DNA of 64,000 bases. It comes from Bacteroidaceae bacterium. GTDB taxonomy: Bacteria > Bacteroidota > Bacteroidia > Bacteroidales > Bacteroidaceae. The stretch's first letter is position 1. Every line of letters starts with the position of its first letter. The stretch covers positions 22,006 to 86,005 of the forward strand of contig JAZMZT010000218.1 in the NCBI GenBank assembly GCA_045586125.1. The letters run 5' to 3'. The translations under genes and the position numbers were made by a program. Positions 60,601 through 64,000 of the stretch are shown piece after piece. The notes under the pieces were generated by a model that did no database searches, was not told the DNA's origin, and saw nothing but the letters and a program-made list of their open reading frames with translations.

Positions 60601-62853
60601 TGTGACTATCTTACTCAGGTGGTCTATCATCAGAATCCCAAGGATGGCCGTGTGCTTAGACCATCCACATGGTACACTCTTTCTTTTTATTCACGTCTCC
60701 GCCGTTTCGTGAATGTAACCAGTAACGAGTATGGATTCTCTGACCAGTGGTATCCTATTTATTTGCGTAAAGGCCGTTATCGTATAGTGGTTAATGGGCA
60801 TTGCTCCGCTGCTGCCCGTGCTGCTGCACAGCCGGTCAGTCTGCGTGCTTATCTCTTCGGTCCGCAGGGTTCAGGTTCCGGATGGAATACCCATCGTATT
60901 GCAGAGATTAAGACTGAATATGATTCTACAAAAGAAAGTGACATACTTGAGGTAGGTGGTGATTACTGGCTCATATCAGATCATACCGTTCGTATTACAT
61001 CACAGCAATATGAGGCTCTCTCTGAGCAACAGAAAGCTCTCTATGAATGTTTTGACCCTGAGGGGACCTATTCAATAGGTTTTTACGCTTTCAAGGATCA
61101 GGGTCAGGGTGGTGCTGCTGGTGAGACTGTAACCGTCAACTGGTGGTATATCAAGTCTGAGGATGATAGTAACCGCATTGATGCCTACTGCTATCCTGGA
61201 GTAGGCGATACCGCCGAGCAGATGTTTGTTGATGGCATAGCTAAGGCCGTACCCTATGACTGTCAGTCCAATTTTTATCTTGCTAATGATGAGGCTCATG
61301 CTGATTCACAAGGATGGACTCGTCATTACCTCACCTTTAAGACTCATTCCTCTTTTGAAATCACCTCAGGTAATAATCATTGGACTCCGGATACAGCACG
61401 TCAAATCCTGTTCCGTATCTATCGCACCTGGGTAGAGATAGGTAAGATTAAATTAGAAGAAGGATTCCTCCCTACAGATTGGTGTGAGATGGAGGATGAA
61501 TCCATCACTGACTGCACGCATAACCCTCGGGGTACATGGCAATCCAGTGCTGAACATCAGTCAGACCCTGAGAATGCAACCTATTACTATTGTAACGGGA
61601 CACGTGATGTGGTTCAGGCGTTGGCTGGCGCAGGTACAACCTTAAAGAAATACTGGCGTTTAAAGCATCGCACCTCTGCTGCAGGTTATTCTAATAGCGT
61701 TCAGCCGTATCTGGATCCTGAGCATTGGGAAGAGGCCGTACATTTCAAGTTTGTGGTCGTTGATGCTATGTTTGCCGAGGAGATAAACTCTGCCAACATT
61801 ATAGCCCAGAAAGTACGTGTCTATAACCAGGCACGTAACAAGGCTCTTATCATTGACCCAGGAGAGACCTATCCCTTCCAGATGGGTCCCGTAGGTTCGC
61901 CAAACGTCAAGATAGACATAGACGGCAAAATCACCGCCTCCGGAGCCGATATCACCGGAAAAATAACGGCCATCTCCGGTAATATTGGTGGTTTTACCAT
62001 ATCTGAGAATCTTATATCAGCCGGCACTAATGCTAAAATGACTTTTGGCTCCAATAATGCCTCTGCAGGAGTATTCTTAACTTCTTTTGGTAATGTTTCC
62101 ACTTCAAAAAAAGTAACAATTAACGCGGGTGTCAACGATTACGAAGAAAGTTTGGTAACATTCGGCTATAAAGAGAATTCGCGTATAAAAATAACCATAG
62201 CAAACAGCCTTGTAGATAGTAATAATCAGTACAAAAACTTTTTTGCTGCTAACGTCCTTGATGTTGCATATCATTCACGTATGGCTACCAACCATCAAAA
62301 TAGATATGGTTTCCAATACGGAATGATTGGCAACGGTCATATTGTTATGGATGGCATAGTCGAAGGAGTAGCCTGTGATTTGATAACTTTTAGTCAAGCT
62401 AATAGTATTCATTTGATTAAACCTCCTTTGTATAGTAATCGTATCATTGTCAATTCAAATAATAATCGTGGTTGTTATATTGTATTACCTGATATAAAAT
62501 CAATGTTTTCAACCATTGGTCGTGATTTCTTCCTTGATAATCCTACTAATCCTTCTTTGTTTACCTTTAAGATGGATATAGTGAATGTTGGCAATAATTA
62601 TCATATTGGTGTTTTTGGCCGGGCACGCATTCAAGTTTCTGCTGATTATTATCCTTTTAATAGAAACGAATATCCTTTACTCTATTATTGGGGCTCTCTA
62701 CTTACACCGAATTATGATTGGGCCTTTAGTGTAGCACCTAAGAGAAGATTGTCCGTCTTGCTTATTTACGATGCTTCTGCCGATGATCAGTATAAATACA
62801 CGGCTATGTTGGAATACGACAGAGATACGGTTTACACACCTCCTTCATATTGA
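57643..62853 (+). CDS. giant tail fibre / receptor-binding protein with internal tandem duplication
   Basis: 1736 aa. Two ~328-aa tandem repeats (from GRGIYSMD.. and GRGVKSIV..), and a GKITAISGNIGGFTISENLIS-type motif before an AT-rich distal domain. Confidence 0.75.
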   Translation: MQPQISNTFAVSAQKPAVSVDHINNYYLLTATRTVPAVNDPGWVLVAPGGQIPVPVTATPYLWHKAVTILTDGTELDPYVEFGGSLGQNGIDYDLVPSHSTIIHKEDDSYDPTQVSCGLILRNADGTATQQNTVPAGYSVQVSIDNAAASSYTLGTNIATANHTVISFILKYGSIVIERHDIRVFTEGSQGLQGRGIYSMDTRFKANATGTTPACASDTDWAGWSTLSAAGYSSENKYLFRCVRTVYLESDGTYSNPEFVIDGPTVWGHDAEDVYAVDLTNQSDIIPTDSESKTTGQRILSTTIRLYKGATPQTINKPTGDHLKIAGIAPVVSPDSNTATGYTLTWTIPAATTISFEKLSIKIDANSDFSAVFSLAKVKSGAAGESPTVYQILPSADQYNVARDGNNYVPSTVSPVCGYVKKKGSTTTIVNEVSADFDSLNLYFRRKSRSTGTWEDGLYYKYADKKTEKLVNLSVADFKEIQFVIANDVSGASVQAGNLGGILDIESIPIVADGRSITGPAGRGVKSIVSRFKTTTSDTAPAVPASLEDWAGWSTLDAVTYNATNKYLWRCTQIIYLLPDGTDDTPEYSIDGPSVWGHESVDPFTVDLSNESDVIPTDSAGKTTGQVVITTRLRLYEGATLKTISRPDPTTIQIAGITPSVSPGTSTSSYYDITWTIPANTTISADRYEVTFTPKTNYSVVFSVVRVKGGAKGDSPAVYQLKPSTDQFSISRTDANGYNPATVQLKCGYVKIQGTDTTIVADSTSAFDGYQIYFRRKKRVDDSWDYSNNSFRKYTTANYNSYLKSIDVSLYKAVEFIICSNSSATISDPNENYANVIGLIDREVVPIVADGRVGNTGSTGNGISSDQFFYCLTPTQVPPSTENLDVEHGWYEKGSQGCPTYPTQMQSFLWECEYIQYTTNPNLNQKILRLSSFYNLAIRPQLLRNTAFDGDLSEAWTNLTNGKVNPEAIGACAGYQCEPYDRPVDYCDYLTQVVYHQNPKDGRVLRPSTWYTLSFYSRLRRFVNVTSNEYGFSDQWYPIYLRKGRYRIVVNGHCSAAARAAAQPVSLRAYLFGPQGSGSGWNTHRIAEIKTEYDSTKESDILEVGGDYWLISDHTVRITSQQYEALSEQQKALYECFDPEGTYSIGFYAFKDQGQGGAAGETVTVNWWYIKSEDDSNRIDAYCYPGVGDTAEQMFVDGIAKAVPYDCQSNFYLANDEAHADSQGWTRHYLTFKTHSSFEITSGNNHWTPDTARQILFRIYRTWVEIGKIKLEEGFLPTDWCEMEDESITDCTHNPRGTWQSSAEHQSDPENATYYYCNGTRDVVQALAGAGTTLKKYWRLKHRTSAAGYSNSVQPYLDPEHWEEAVHFKFVVVDAMFAEEINSANIIAQKVRVYNQARNKALIIDPGETYPFQMGPVGSPNVKIDIDGKITASGADITGKITAISGNIGGFTISENLISAGTNAKMTFGSNNASAGVFLTSFGNVSTSKKVTINAGVNDYEESLVTFGYKENSRIKITIANSLVDSNNQYKNFFAANVLDVAYHSRMATNHQNRYGFQYGMIGNGHIVMDGIVEGVACDLITFSQANSIHLIKPPLYSNRIIVNSNNNRGCYIVLPDIKSMFSTIGRDFFLDNPTNPSLFTFKMDIVNVGNNYHIGVFGRARIQVSADYYPFNRNEYPLLYYWGSLLTPNYDWAFSVAPKRRLSVLLIYDASADDQYKYTAMLEYDRDTVYTPPSY

Positions 62854-63164
62854 TGATTATGAAAATTAATTTTGAAAACGTAAAGATCTACACCGACATC
62901 ACCCGAAAGAACTTTTTCGAGGCCGATGTCAAGGAACAGATTGCCGATGTAATCTATAAGCACGGCAATGGTATAAGAGCTCATGCACTGGCTCTCAAGA
63001 TATACAACTCCAAAGGAGAGACAGAGTTTACTGATGATGAGGTCATAATGATTTCTCAGGCTGCCGAGAACTTCTGTACTCCCAACTTTATAGATGCCAT
63101 TCAGGAAATCCTTAACATTAATAAGGAACCTGAATCATCTGATGCTATTCACATTGAAAACTAA
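62850..63164 (+). CDS. hypothetical protein (possible fibre chaperone, by position)
   Basis: 104 aa, ATGA overlap with the fibre gene. It shares the AT-rich composition of the fibre 3' end. Confidence 0.45.
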   Translation: MMIMKINFENVKIYTDITRKNFFEADVKEQIADVIYKHGNGIRAHALALKIYNSKGETEFTDDEVIMISQAAENFCTPNFIDAIQEILNINKEPESSDAIHIEN

Positions 63165-63169
63165 ACCTC

Positions 63170-63547
63170 ATGCCAAAAGTAACCGCCAAGTACTTCAAAG
63201 AGGCCGAATTCACCCGCCTAACGCCCCCCTGCTCCCTGCAGGATATGGACCAGACCACAATGAACATGGCCGATGCCATGCGTGAAATCTGTGGTTTCCC
63301 TCTCATCGTCACCTGTGCCTACCGCTCCCCAGAATGGGACCTGGCTAAGAAACGTAGCGGCTCCGGTCCGCACACTCACCGCACCGCCCTTGACTTCCGT
63401 TGCACAGACAGTGCCAAGCGTTTCGCCATAGTGGCTGCTGCCATTCAGGTCGGATTCCGCCGTATCGGCATCGGTAAGAACTACATCCACGTTGATAATG
63501 ACACCACCAAGCCGCAAGGCCTCATGTGGCATTACTACGAGACATAA
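63170..63547 (+). CDS. peptidase M15-family endolysin (D-Ala-D-Ala carboxypeptidase / L-Ala-D-Glu peptidase fold)
   Basis: 125 aa. F..EF opening, SGPHTHRTALDF (H...D metal ligands) and NYIHVD (third His). Confidence 0.7.
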   Translation: MPKVTAKYFKEAEFTRLTPPCSLQDMDQTTMNMADAMREICGFPLIVTCAYRSPEWDLAKKRSGSGPHTHRTALDFRCTDSAKRFAIVAAAIQVGFRRIGIGKNYIHVDNDTTKPQGLMWHYYET

Positions 63548-63728
63548 AATAGCGAGCAGATAGCAAGCATTTCTATTTTCATATTGTAAGGTTATGGATA
63601 ATACAGTCTGATCTGATTATCAATTATGAATTAGGTTTTGTAATTAGTTAGTGTCTGCTGTTCAGGTACTCTCTGATTGCAGCGTATGGAGGCCGTCCGT
63701 GAGGATAGCCTCCTTATCGTTTCTCATA

Positions 63729-63764
63729 TTGTCCCACCCTCCGCGCCGTCGGTAAGTACCTTTG
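63729..63764 (+). promoter_or_regulatory. conserved promoter cassette TTGTCCC-N21-TACCTTTG
   Basis: Fifth copy (TTGTCCCACCC, as at 49880). It lies 26 nt upstream of the ATG at 63790. Confidence 0.5.
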
Positions 63765-63789
63765 GTTATATAAAAAAGTTGTCCCACTT

Positions 63790-64000
63790 ATGGCAAAACA
63801 AGCAGATAAAACCGCTACTGATAACGCCCGTGTCCGTGACATCATCCATCGCGTCTCCTACAAGGAATTCTCCAAGTATGCCCGTCAGATGGTAAACAAG
63901 GGCTATATAGCTCTCACACCGGGTCGTCATATCGTGCCCAATGACAGCACAGACATCTCATGGGGAGCCTTCATCTCCTCCTCTCTGCACGCTCATAGCC
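63790..64000 (+). CDS. hypothetical protein (N-terminal part; runs off the window end)
   Basis: ATG at 63790, then 70 sense codons (MAKQADKTATDNARVRDIIHRVSYKEFSKYARQMVNKGY...) with no stop before the window end. It is preceded by the promoter cassette. Confidence 0.5.
   Translation, partial: MAKQADKTATDNARVRDIIHRVSYKEFSKYARQMVNKGYIALTPGRHIVPNDSTDISWGAFISSSLHAHS

Noticed and set aside
1-64000. Search for tRNA genes, CRISPR arrays, integrase/att sites and stop-codon reassignment
   Set aside because: I noticed no T-loop-like GGTTCGAATCC-type sequences or cloverleaf candidates, no regularly spaced direct repeats with spacers, and no tyrosine or serine recombinase motifs. Long ORFs are uninterrupted under the standard code apart from the homopolymer sites. 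Absence is based on visual inspection only.

Overview
The window is a contiguous piece of a tailed dsDNA phage or prophage genome. Almost every gene is on the + strand. The host is probably a Bacteroidota member: the promoters have TAnnTTTG-type -7 boxes, there is no obvious Shine-Dalgarno, and many starts are coupled as TAATG or ATGA. No integrase, att site, tRNA or CRISPR array was seen. Gene order is as follows. (1) 0-3.4 kb: divergent early region with a minus-strand HTH regulator. (2) 3.5-10.8 kb: replication block with a DEDDh exonuclease, a 1200-aa primase/SF3 helicase, an SSB-like protein, a beta-clamp, an HNH nuclease and an SPPY methyltransferase. (3) 10.9-20.8 kb: structural and tail genes, including a 1613-aa tape measure protein. 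(4) 20.8-22.3 kb: an acyl carrier protein plus a Cys-His-His ketoacyl synthase. (5) 22.3-23.1 kb: an 850-nt repeat-rich noncoding region. (6) 23.1-40.3 kb: a second replication and DNA-modification block (VirE-like primase domain, radical SAM, a second SPPY MTase, a C5 MTase, a PAPS-reductase-like PP-loop enzyme) inside a visibly AT-richer set of about 25 small ORFs with paralog families. (7) 41.2-49.9 kb: head module with S49 protease, putative major capsid, decoration protein and terminase. (8) 49.9-63.5 kb: tail-fibre module and an M15 endolysin. Two things stand out. First, there is a complete diversity-generating retroelement: VR 53798-53911, TR 54184-54297, RT 54642-55622. Of the 16 VR/TR differences, 15 fall on TR adenines. 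No Avd ORF sits in the canonical position. Second, there are seven G/C homopolymer tracts of 8-10 nt, five of which share the flank AAAWTA-C9-A. They interrupt two methyltransferases at the same protein position, a small ORF, and the PAPS-reductase gene three times. Every coding tract needs the same -1 nt correction to restore the frame. The PAPS-reductase tracts lie in a 314-nt segment that has no stop trinucleotide in any sense frame. All functional calls come from motif recognition by eye; no database search was possible.
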